Under the pieces are notes generated by a model. That model did not search any database. It was given only the letters and a program-made list of their open reading frames with translations, and was not told the origin of the DNA. A stretch of DNA of 64,000 nt from Lytechinus pictus (Eukaryota): positions 39,248,001-39,312,000 of the forward strand of contig NC_087251.1 in the NCBI RefSeq assembly GCF_037042905.1, written 5' to 3'. Positions 52,622 through 64,000 of this stretch are shown here, one piece after another (within the stretch, counting starts at the first letter, position 1; each line of letters begins with the position of its first letter). The position numbers and the translations under genes are program-made.

Positions 52622-54636
52622 TTAAACTCCATTCCCAACATTTCTGCGATATTGATTACATTTTTAAAGAAGAATTCATGAAAAAAAACGAGGAAAATGT
52701 TATGAAAAGATGAGAGAGCTTACGGCCGTGTTTACGTCGCCATCTTGATTTCTTTGTCTTCCGCTTGGCGACAGCACGCAATCGCGTGCTGATTGCGTGC
52801 TGTCGCCAAGCGGAAGACAAAGAAATCAAGATGGCGACGTAAACACGGCCGTAAGCTCTCTCATCTTTTCATAACATTTTCCTCGTTTTTTTTTCATGAA
52901 TTCTTCTTTAAAAATGTAATCAATATCGCAGAAATGTTGGGAATGGAGTTTAACTCCATGTACATGTTTTAGGGCTAGATCTTTTAGAGGGAAAGTAGAA
53001 ATTTCGGGGGCGAAAGTTTCAGGTTTTGTACCCGTGCGTGTGGGAATATAGCTTAGGCTCCCAGGCGTTAGGGGAGGGACCATACGTACAGTATATGTCT
53101 TTCACTCCCCAGACGCCTCCAGGCTACCTCTGCGGTCGTTCTGATCGGGACGCGGGCTGGTTCGGCGTACCGGTACCGTACGGTACCGTACCCAGGGAGC
53201 TCCGGCCCGCTTCGCGTGCCGGAGCCCAGCCCCAGGACTCGTCCGTGTAATACTCTCCAAAATGGGGTAGAATGGGGTCGCAATAGCACTCCAAGTAAAA
53301 GGGGAAAATGAATTATGAACTAACCTCGATTATCGTGACACAGTCAGAATCCTGACATCGATATCAAGATTCAAGGCCAGGGCAAGGCACAAACAAACTG
53401 GACCTTCAAAAAAAGGAAAAGTTATGTCTCGTTCGTTCTCCTTCTTTCACAATTGAAAACAAAATGGCTGATCGCTACCAAGATGGCAAGAACGAACGTG
53501 ACATAGATGTCTAACTTTTCCTTTTTAGAGGGTCCAGTTTGTGCCTCGATGTCAGGATTCTGTGTCACGGTAGACCTTGATCCATAGGACTCCATGATGA
53601 TATTTTTAAATATTTTGACATATACTTCTTCATCATGGAGCCTACCTCGGGCCACTCACACTAATACGAGGTTAGTATATATACTAACCTCGTACAAGGG
53701 ACCGTGTTTGACCCTGGATTTCGAAGTAGTCGGCAAACATCGCTTCATTGCTGAAGTAATATTTGCCGAAACTCCTTCTCGCTACGCACCGGGGCTCTTT
53801 CCGGTAAGTAGCAATACATTAAAAAATTATACATATGATTTGGAAATAATTTCATTACAAAAAGAGCAAATTTCGCTTACCTCGGCCTAGCAAGTGACTT
53901 CGTTTGTCTCTTCTACGGAAATACAAGGAAGCCCGTTGGTGGCGCTAATAAATTTCACAACCTTGATTCAGCTCCTCGGTAATTTTATAACTGTGTCTAA
54001 ATTCTTTGAATGCGCAATTCTTATGATAAATTTACTAATTATGGGCACCAATAAATGAAATACCTTCAAAAATAAAATTCAAGATTACTATTGGCGATGA
54101 TAACACTTTTTTGCAATTAATTAAAAACGATGACTAATAAAAAAAAATTGATAAAAATACACATGCCTGGAACGAAACCAGCAGTACAAGCTTTAACGAA
54201 CGTCAATAATACGGTATACCAAAGTCTATACAATGAAAAGATTGGACACTTCACGGACTTCGCGTAATGCCTTGCGTCGATTTGCGTGTAAAATAGTGTA
54301 GGTGCCTAGTCTTTCCCTTGTGGTGTCTTTGATATGAATATAAATCGCGCGCCCTCTTTAGGCGAAAATTGATATCCACGCTGACCAATTTTTATCTCCG
54401 TGAAATCTTCACTAAAGATCAAGAAAATATACATATTTTTAAAAGAAACTTCAAGGAGAAGTCACGGAAGGATCTAAATGATTCGGTAAGTGTCATAGCA
54501 GAATGTGAAATACCAGATTATGCGTGATATTTTATGTGGGCAAAAGCCCAGTATATTTTGGATGTGTCGTGTGTGTCGCGCGCATATGACTGATATTCCT
54601 TCGCACGCGAGATGATATGAACCCATGGGTGACCTC

Positions 54637-55167
54637 GGGCGAAGTTTGTGCAGGCTCCACTTCACTACCGCTACACTACGCTCCACCTACCCGAACTTCA
54701 GGACCGTGAACCATTTCGGAAATACCGAGTGACAAAGGGGGGATGAAATGATGGTTTATTGTAAAAATTACAGAAAAAAATATAACGAGAAAGATAAATA
54801 GCTTAATATCTTACTCTACACCCGTATTTCACTCCGTGTCCATCCTCCGGTAATCTTCAAAATTGGTGATTTTGGGCCAGTATCAAATTCCTCACACGTA
54901 TTATTCACCGCCGATTTCAAAACATTGTATGCAACGAACATAGAGGGTAGCAACACACATCAGTGTTGCTATTAAGGTCCACTCGATACGCGCATACTAT
55001 TTATCTTTCTCGTTATATTTTTTTTCTGTAATTTTTACAATAAACCATCATTTCATCCCACCTTTGTCACTCGGTATATCCGAAATGGTTCACGGTCCCG
55101 AAGTTCGGATAGGTGGAGCGTAGTGTAGCGGTAGTGAAGTGGAGTGGAGCCTGCACGAACTTCGCCC
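54637..55167. repeat. Long inverted repeat (~165-bp arms, ~195-bp spacer), probable MITE, directly upstream of WDR25
   Basis: 54637-54801 is the near-identical reverse complement of 54997-55167. No TSD found. Confidence 0.75.
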
Positions 55168-55221
55168 AAAGTACATGGAGCCTTGAACCGCCTCCCATAT
55201 AAGAGACAGATGTAAACAAAG

Positions 55222-58200
55222 ATGGATTTCCCTAGGAAATCCTTCTTTGAAGATAGAAATCATGTAAATGTTAGTGATTTTATTTATTTTTACACCTTTA
55301 TACGCCTAATGCGTATGAAGGTGTAAAAAATTGGTAAATAAAAAGGTGAAAAATTGAAGGTTTCTTACCAGACCGATCTCGTGTAGATCCCTCGATCCGT
55401 TTGTCAACAAAGCAAATACAATAGGTCTGACCCTTGAACCGCTTCGTTATGAAGTACCTTCGATTAGTGATGTTACAAAATGTCGTTTTGAAGAACATTA
55501 TTTTACAAATACTAAAATTTAATACGTGATTATAAATAATCATTAGTATTATAACAATTATTTATAATCACATATTAAATTTGTTTAATGCAGCGTAGCT
55601 CAGTCGGTTAGAGCGCATGTTTTGGATAAGATCATAGATCTCAACGTGAGGGGTTAGAGTCCCGCTCATGCCGAAACGCGTCTGACCAAAAAATCTGATG
55701 CTATAGCGTTGTGTGTTAGCGTGCCTCACCACTGTATTCAGTGCAGGTGTGAATGGAGTTGGAAAACACTCCGTCCGTCGGAAAGGACGCAAATGTTGGT
55801 CCCGTGTATAGGAGAGTCACAACCTATGCACGTTAAAACCAATACACTATTCGTCAAAGAGTAGGGTGTTCACCCGGTGTATTGCACCTGCCAGTCCCGG
55901 CAAAATTCAGGTCAAGTCAATTTTGACGTTCATATGCCATAATAATCAATATAATGATTGTGGGCATTAACGGAAAGACAAGACAAGACAGTTTTAGTAT
56001 TTAGTGTTCCAACATTCAAATTTTGATACCTAAATGTCTTTGTTTACTTGATTACCCGGCATTTAATTAATAATATGTTCTTATAATTTGCATGAAAAAA
56101 AAAATGATGCAATTTAATGGGGAAAACAATTTCCAATAAAAATTGCTTGCAAATTTGGGCAAATGTAATTTTTGATAATTCTCCAGAACAAACCCATGCA
56201 GATTGACAAAATAACAATTGATGTTATTGCTTCCTTTCGTTGTAGACCCTTGAAAAAGAGGATGTTCCACCAACCTAGAGTGAAAATTGCCCTTCAAGCC
56301 TCGGCTGAAAATAAACAGTTTCAGTTTCATTCATCTGCCGAAAGACCAGCTGTGGAACCTCTATCAAGAGGATATGGGACTTTCCTGCATATCAACAACC
56401 CATCAAGGGATGAGTCACCTCACAGTAGCATTTATGGTTCAACAAGAAAGGAGAAGCAGAGGTCACACAATCATGTACGGCATAGCCAGACCAATGGATT
56501 AAAAGGTAGACATGTGAAAGACCATAGGCAAGAACCCCCACCTCTGAATCACCAGTATGACAGCAGAAGTCGTGAGATGACCTTTGACATTTTGCACCAA
56601 AGGACGCAAGAATGTCGGCAGAATTCAGAGAGAAATCAAGATCCTTCACCCATGAATCAGCAGGATAACCGTCTTGACAGAGGATTTCATAAACAAGAAC
56701 AAACTCTAAAAAGACACTGTCAGGGATCAGGACTGACACCTTACGTTCCAAAGAGGTTGAGGAAGTCCAATAGTAGTAGCCTAGATGAGGATCAGAGACA
56801 TGGTACTTGGTCAAAGAAATACAACCCTGATATTTTTTCACCTGATCCTGTAATTGAATCCAATATTGAACAACCTACATCTTGCTCAAAGCCACCCAAA
56901 CGCCTTTTTTGCAATTTTGTTCTCCACGAAGGACCCGTTACCCATGTTGAATGGAATATTCCACAGTTCAGCCATCTGTTGCTGTCTAGTTCCATGGATA
57001 AGACTGTTAGGATATGGAACTATTCTACTCAAAAGAGGTGTGTTCAGACTCTGAGTTGCCATGAAGGGGCAGTGAAGGATGCACAATGGAATGCAGATGG
57101 TCAGCTGATTCTTAGTTGTGGGTTTGACAAGACTGCTCGCCTCTCCGATGCCCGCAGTGGTAAGTCATTTTGATTTTGTTTTATGTTTTACACATGTATT
57201 AGGAATGTCATGGTAATACGTGGAGAGATTCTTTTTAAAAAAATCCCAGCTATATTGTTTATAATTAATCTGCACTATTTGATGAATGTATCCTCATTTA
57301 TTATATACTTCTGGTACTTCTTAATTATGATAGATTCATAGATGTGAGTTCTTAGAAACAAACCTCATGATTACCAGGTAAAATTAAAATGCTATACTAC
57401 AGAAAAGATAAATAATGATAAAAAGTAGTTCCTCCAATAAATGCATTCAAAGTTGATGGATAAAATCTTTGTGTTTAGATATGAATAATTTCATTGAGGA
57501 TATTTGTATCTTTATATGTCAAGTGTTCAGTGTTTTAACAGAGATCAAGCTAGCCATTTGCCCAACCAATAAAAGATTTTATATTCTGCCTATTGAAATG
57601 CAATTACTAACTGGTGTATTGTGATGGCCTGCCCTTAGGCACAGTTGGGTTAATAAGTTATTTTAATGGTCTATCACACCATAAAGTGAATTCCTTTTGA
57701 ATTTTCATCTTTCAAATACAGGAACAAATTTCCAGGTTTTTGACCATTCATCGTATGTGACGTGCATCAAATGGCATCCCACCGACCCACATATGTTCAT
57801 AAGTGGCTCATATGGCTCTACTATGTACTGCTGGGATACAAGAACAGGCTCTGTAAGTAAATCAAATGTAAAGAGAAAATTGTTAGTTTGTAGTTTAAGA
57901 ATAAAATAACTTTTAATAATCTGGTTATAAGGCGTTTTTATTAGAGATACATTGTACGTACATGTATATAAGCACTTTACTGATTTGTTATTACCTTGGT
58001 CATCAGATTCAATCAGTCATTCCAACACATCCCTTGGGAGTATTCCATAGTTTTGTTGATTGATGGGGTTCAGAGAATAATTTCATGGTGTAAATGGATA
58101 TATGCAAACATCAAATTTGATTAGGCCTGGGAGTAAATATCGATTAATAGAATGGCTTGCCACCGATCGCTATTCGATAAGTAAAATGTACACTGTTCAA

Positions 58201-61200
58201 ATGTTCGGCAGATCTAGATTAGGCACTTGGGATCACTTGATTTCTCAAGTAATATCTCAAGTAATAGTAACAAAGGCCTTGCCCTTGATACACTTTGTAT
58301 GCTGTCTGCGTGCTTAAAACAGAAAGTACACACACAAGTAGCTCACTTTAGCTGATATGTGATTGGACCTTCGATGGCCAATGAAACTTTTGGGGAGACA
58401 AAGAAGAAGCCATGTGCGTTCCCATTATCAGGAAAGGTCATGACTTCAGAAATAAATTGACCCCTCCCCATCTCGGTGTTTGTGTGTGTGTGTGTGAGAG
58501 AGAAAGAGAAAGATAGGGGTGAGATCGGAGCCAGACAGGAAAATTTCCTTTCATGTTTCAAAACAAAGCTCTGGGGGAGGGGGCCTTAAACATTCCGACA
58601 TGCATCGTCACCTAAGCACAAGTTCTCGACTAGTCTCCCAAAATAGACCTTAAACATTCCGACACTCATCGTCACCTAAGCATAAGTTCTCAACTATTCT
58701 CCCAAAATAGACCCGGTTATAGGTTCAAATGATAAAAAATTTTAATTTTTAAAGATATTTCAAATGAAAATTATTTTCCAAAATATTTTTTGAAACACAC
58801 CCATGTACAGTGTGTAGCATCATGGGCAGTGCCAAAAGTGATGGTGTGGGCACGAGATGAAATTTTTCAAGAAGTGAAAGGCACACCTGCGTGTCTGTCT
58901 CAAAGAATACATGTAGGCTACTTCATGAATGAGTTGTTGACTTGTACTTTGGTCTGCAAGACTTTAGGCTGACCTAGACTGATTCATTCATATGCAGGGG
59001 TATGGCACTTGGAGGGATGCATAATACAAGCATTGATTTAAGAAAGATTTTTCATTGGAACAATAAACTAAAAGTTTTAATCTCATTTCATAAAGTTTCT
59101 TTTGAAATAGAAATCAAAGAGAAGGGGAACAAAAGGCCTACTTTCATTAATGAGGAACAGACAATTATACTCTTTACCCCCGGTTTTACCCTAGATGTTC
59201 AATTATTGAACCCTGTCTAAATTTGTAACATGCAGCATTGCCAGAGAACTTCTGCGTCAGGGGTCATAAGTAGGTCAACTCTTGTGACTTAGAAGACGTG
59301 ATTCCAAGGAACAATCGAATCATTTGATTGTTCTTTCAGGAAATAATTGAATGGTAAAAATGACTTTTGTTCCAGGCCTAATTTTGATTTTGCTGACATA
59401 TTGTATATAGTGAGCATGATTTGTAATTTTGTATGGATAAATATTGAATTGAATTATTGCAGAACTTTTATTAATCCACTCTTACACTATTTGCTTTATC
59501 CTTTTAGATTGTTCATCAATATGCAGGCAAACTTGGTCAGATATTGGCAGTGGAATTCATCAACAATGGTACTGAGTTTGTTGCTACGTGTGACACTGTC
59601 AGTCGAGATTCTACCGATCGAACCATCATGGTCTGGGATACAAAGACAGCCGCTCTACTTTCAAATCAACTCTACCATGTAAGATGGGTATTCGTAAAGG
59701 GATTGAGTAATTTGGTTGAGGTTTGCAAAAATCCTGTGCTCTAAGTGCTGTCAGTGTATGCATTAATGTTTCAAGAAAAATCCTGAAATATTTTAATAAT
59801 AATAATAGTCAGTTCTTGTGTAGTGCATAACACATTATGAATAACATCTCTATGCGCCTCCAAAGGACTTGGATATTATTACCCTGGCTGTAGCTTAAGC
59901 AGCTTTCATGTGCTCGGTATTTCAAGGATTAAATTCCTGCCAGGTACCCATTCACCTCACCTGGGTTGAGTGCAGCACAATGTGGATTAATCTCTTGCTG
60001 AAGGAAACTACGCCATGGCTGGGATTTGAACCCACGACCCTCTGTTTCAAAGTCCGGAGACTAATCCACTGGGCCACAATGCTCCACATTTTATTTCATG
60101 ATTTGCCTACTTTGCAATAAGTAAAAAATGATTAATTTCCCTAGAAATTATTTGACCTTTCTTTCCCTAGCTGTCACATTTTTGTTCTGTGGAGCAATGT
60201 TCAGGTCTGTTGCTATTTCACAACAACGGTCAAAATATGGTTAGGTAACAAATAGGTTGTGCATGAGAGTAAAGACCAGCTGATAAATATTGATACACAT
60301 TGTGAGAGATGATTAAAACCAACTACAGCTATTTCCCTCCTACATGTAGATCAACATTATTTGAAAAGGTGAAGATGTATCCAGTTACTTCGATCATCTC
60401 GGATTAATTGGAATTAATCTGTGGTTGAATTCTTAGATTGTATGTGACATCGCAGTTACACCAATCACGCCATTCAAAAGAACATAATGGCCCGAATTCA
60501 CAAAGGTGGTTTTTAAAACCCACGGTTGAATCCATGGTTTATGCAGATTTCCTGTATAAATTACGCTTAATTTAGCGCGTATCGGGCGCGTTAATAAAAA
60601 ATGTCCAATGCTGATGCGCGCTTTTTTCACAGTGCGCCAAATTGACGCCTGTTACCATGGTTAGATACGCTATTTTATTCATGACTCCACTGTTTGAAGA
60701 GTGGACTCATTAATTCAAAACAGTGGACTCATGAATAAAATAGCATGGATAACCACGGCAACAGGCGTCAATTTGGCGCACTGTGACAAAAGCGCGCATC
60801 AACATTGGACATTGTTTGATATACGCTGTATAATGAGCGCAATTTATACACGAAATCTGCATAAGCCATGGACTCAACCGTGGGTTTTCAAAACCACCTT
60901 TGTGAAATCTGGCCAATAGCTTTGATCAGTCTGGAGTTGATTTCATTGGTGAGACTAGCATAGGTTTATATTAATAATGATTTTATGATGATTTCTTCTT
61001 ACAGGAGAAGTACACCTGCTGCAGCTTGAAGTCTCATCCTACAGGTGATGTTTTCATGGCTCAGTCCAATGCCAACTACATTGCTCTCTTCTCTACCAGT
61101 AGGCCTTACCGACTCAACAAATACCAACGCTTTGAAGGGCATCAGGTGGGTCTTTGCATTCTCTGATCTCTGACTTTTTAAAGTTCAAGCCCACCCACCC

Positions 61201-62492
61201 CATCAGCAAGTTGATTAGAATAAATAGAGTAAAAGTAAGAAAGTTATGATGTAAAAATAGTCATTTAATTTCAGCAAGTAGGAGATGGACAAATGAAGAA
61301 GCTGTGTCCCGTAACACAAAGGTTACGGTAGCTATTGATCGTAGGCTTGATTTTCATGATTGATTGTACATTGTGGTCAATGCAATCAATTGTAAAGATA
61401 TTCTTCTACGATGATTGCTAAGCTTTGTGTTACGGGCCCCTGATGTCACCTCCATCACAAAGGCAATTTTGATTGTGTGATGTCATTATATCACATCCAA
61501 TTTTGAATAAATTTGCAGCATTATGCTTGTTTGATTTTAGTCTATTCATTCAAATCAAATTGTTGGGGTGGATTTAGGTTCTGACACATATCTGTGTTAA
61601 GCACTCCAAACATCCGTGGCTTACAGTTAAACATGGATAGGTCATGTAATTTTTGTCTCGCCTGCATAGCAGATTGAGACTATAGGCGCCGCTTTTCCGA
61701 TGGCGGCAGCGTCGTCAACATTGAAATCTAAACCAAGGTTAAGTTTTTAAATATCATCATAACTTAGAAGGTATATGGACCTAGTTCATGAAACTTGGAC
61801 ATAAGGTTAATCAAGTATTACTGAACATCCCGCCTGTATCCCTGAATATCTTGTGTGTGTTTAAGGTCACATGACCAAAATCAAAGGTCATTTAGGGTCA
61901 ACGAACTTTGATAATGTTGGGGGTATTTGTGGAATTGTCATAACTTAAAAAGTTTATAGATCTAGTTCATGGAAACTTGAGACATAAGAGTAACCATGTA
62001 TGTATCCCTGAATATCTTGTCCGTGAGTCAGGTCACATGACCAAAATCAAAGGTCATTTAGGATCAAGGAAAGTCGGCACTGCTGCTATATCGGATCGTG
62101 TACTGCAGGCGAGACTGTCAGAGGCGTTCCACTTGTTGTAATTTCAACTTCAACTCATTCGTATTTTGGATATGCCATCGACATCAGTTTAGTTGAAAAT
62201 ATGAGAAACATATTTACCTTGATGGTACAATGGCTGAGTAGCCTTTCTCTCTTCCTTTCTGCAGGTTGAGGGATACAGGATCGGTTGCGACTGTTCCCCC
62301 GATGGCAGTTTTGTGGCCAGTGGCAGTTCTGATGGAAAGGTACATATCTACAGCTACAGCAGCACCAAGCTGACAAAGACCCTTGGAGGTGGTCAGCAGG
62401 AGGGCGCCTGTACTGATGTGGCATGGCATCCTGTCGTGCCTGGTGTCCTAGCCAGCTGCAGCTGGGATGGCAAAATCAACGTCTGGACCTGA
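55222..62492 (+). CDS. WDR25: WD repeat-containing protein 25 (about 561 aa)
   Basis: Exons 55222-55263 (tentative), 56187-57159 (acceptor tentative; alternative 56246), 57722-57852, 59508-59678, 61005-61145, 62265-62492, GT-AG and phase-consistent. WD repeats HEGPVTHVEW..LLSSSMDKTVRIWN and HEGAVKDAQW. The C-terminal EKYTC..[56 protein letters not shown] closely resembles WDR25 as I recall it. Confidence 0.88.
55590..55990 (+). mobile_element. tRNA-derived SINE in the first WDR25 intron (possibly Meta-domain type)
   Basis: tRNA-like head with A box TAGCTCAGTCGG and degenerate B box GGTTAGAGTCCC, central GGACGCAAATGTTGGTCCCGTG..CACGTTAAAACC core, and (AAGAC)3 tail. The domain assignment is from memory and unverified. 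Confidence 0.68.
59795..60085 (-). mobile_element. Full-length tRNA-derived SINE (Deu/Nin-like core)
   Basis: Minus strand: A box TGGCCCAGTGG, B box GGTTCAAATCC, core CACTCAACCCAGGTGAGGTGAATGGGTACC and (ATT)n tail. Related fragments at about 17255-17420, 21020-21165 and 27505-27670. Confidence 0.8.
60488..60914. mobile_element. Fully palindromic ~427-bp MITE
   Basis: TGGCCCGAATTCACAAAGGTGGTTTT...AAAACCACCTTTGTGAAATCTGGCCA. The arms pair up to a centre near 60700. Confidence 0.75.
61655..62136 (+). mobile_element. Helentron/Helitron-associated non-autonomous element (HINE-like)
   Basis: Subterminal inverted repeat GTCTCGCCTGCA (61655) and TGCAGGCGAGAC (62104-62115). Ends CTTGT in a T-rich site. 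Two internal ~180-bp direct repeats containing AGGTCACATGACC..AAAGGTCA. Confidence 0.55.
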
Positions 62493-64000
62493 GAGGTATC
62501 GTCATTCACATACTGTCAAACCTGCTGTAGCATCCACCTGTAGGATAACCACTCTATAAAGGCCATAATTTGGGTCTCTCTTGAATTGTTGAACAGTGTA
62601 TTACAATAATCTGTTCATAAAGACTAAATTCCTTGTCTCCCTTGGACGGTCTTTAGAGTATATACAGGTCTCACTCTATTGGTTATACTGAATGTTTGAA
62701 CAGTCATATAAAAATGACGTGACTTATTATGGTGATTCGTGGAACTCTGAATCCACAAACCTTGGTAATTTCTGTTATTCCTCATTCTTTCCATCAGTTG
62801 CTCTCATTTGCTGCCACCCTGGTAGATACGCTAGTGATCCTTTCTTTCAAATGATATTCACTTATTTTGTAAACAAGGGGATAAAACGGTAGCGTAAATT
62901 TGTTCATACATCAAGGTGTATCCTACAATGAAAATGTATGTAACAGAACAATTCTTATGGCCACACTGTATAATTGTGGTTTCAAGTGCCTCGACTCCAT
63001 TTCTTCTCCCTTACAAACAGGACAGACCCATCTTCAAGATGCAACTGGCTGCACATTTGTTGCTGAGCTGATGAAGACGTCCTGCAGTATTTACCTGCAG
63101 AAGCCATCCTAAATACAGAGTGGCTGCCGATGTCACAAGAAAGGATCATCACCCGAGTGTGAACAACTGGCCTATTTAGCAACTCTCCTGGATGTGCCGT
63201 TCACACGGGTCATCTTTGGACTGCATGTGTTCCATACAATGCTGCACTGAGGAAGATCTTCTGCAGAAGCCATTGAAGAAACAAAATGGTTACTTACAGT
63301 ATCTCACAGGAAAGAATCATAACCTGAGTGTGGATGGAGGACCATTTTACTTCTTCCTTCTTTAATCTAAGAAAATCTTCAACAAAATCATTTTCTTCGT
63401 TCATTCTAAATGTACAGTAAATAATGATATCATCTCATGATTAAAAAAAATTATAATTGGATTCACATTGCGCCTTTTCCAGAGGATACAGATTGCTGTT
63501 TAAGGCATATAGATAGTTAGGATTTATTTTACAGATCTTTTTTTTTCCAAACTTTTTTTAACAAGTCAAGTGAGGTAATGTTTTGTAAAGTTGGACAGGG
63601 TTTGTTCCACATACTTCGAGCAACATAAATATTTGATTACAAGAAACAATCCCTACATTACCTTTACATGCATAGATAGTCCCTTTGTGAGACAACTTAT
63701 ACTACTAAATAATGAAAGTTTTGAAAAAAGATCACAGTCTGACCTCTCTTATCTGGTCACGTTGGGACCAGCACCAATCCGGATAGGTTCCGGATAAGTT
63801 CTTTCGGTAATTTGGGTAAGTTATTTTCATAAAAAATAATTTTGTTGTAGGTAGACTATATTGGGAAATGTATGTAATGAAAGTAAGTTTGTGTAGGAAT
63901 TTTAATTTTTGATTGAAATCTCATTTCCCCTTGTACTAGATTGAAGAAAAAAAAAACTTGGCAAGTGTGCGTCCGGATAATAGAAAGATCCGGATAAGAG

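Larger units (their letters stand above)
49221..53126. mobile_element. Palindromic non-autonomous hAT-like element (678 bp after removing the nested piggyBac)
   Basis: Termini TAGCCTGG...CCAGGCTA. Exact 8-bp TSD CCTCTGCG at 49213-49220 and 53127-53134. Arms 49221-49397 plus 52626-52783 versus 52791-53126, with a 7-nt loop at 52784-52790. Superfamily inferred from the TAG terminus and 8-bp TSD. Confidence 0.88.

Noticed and set aside
49264..53083. Duplicated small gene (identical N-termini in ORFs 49264+ and 52826-)
   Set aside because: The identity comes from the two arms of the palindromic MITE. There is no independent coding signal.
55590..55672. tRNA gene
   Set aside because: The anticodon/variable region is too long, the B box is degenerate and the acceptor stem pairs poorly. 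It continues into a SINE body and tail, so it is a SINE head.

Overview
Eukaryotic, AT-rich, intron- and transposon-dense animal DNA. The repeat and SINE style suggests a sea urchin or other echinoderm (inference only). Three spliced host genes could be reconstructed by hand with phase-consistent GT-AG introns. (1) A divergent Ser/Thr kinase on + (about 9717-14109), whose N-terminal Ser-rich arm carries seven copies of a hydrophobic-L/I-[KR]-P-x-[DE]-hydrophobic motif and whose HRD/DFG motifs read IND/DLG. (2) A complete 25-exon Jagged/Serrate Notch ligand on - (16065-42212, 1334 aa, C2-DSL-16 EGF-VWC-TM), with a duplicated splice acceptor that could yield a soluble isoform. (3) WDR25 on + (about 55222-62492). 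Between Jagged and WDR25 lies an apparently intact, intron-containing piggyBac (49398-52621: TTAA TSD, 14-bp TIRs, 620-aa DDD transposase). It sits inside a 678-bp near-perfect palindromic hAT-like MITE that has an 8-bp TSD. Also present: a head-to-head pair of related elements sharing one triplicated target site (1612-3728), a self-nested hAT-like element, two CR1-type LINE fragments, tRNA-derived SINEs, many MITEs and a ~200-bp tandem array. No CRISPR array, rRNA or convincing tRNA gene was seen.
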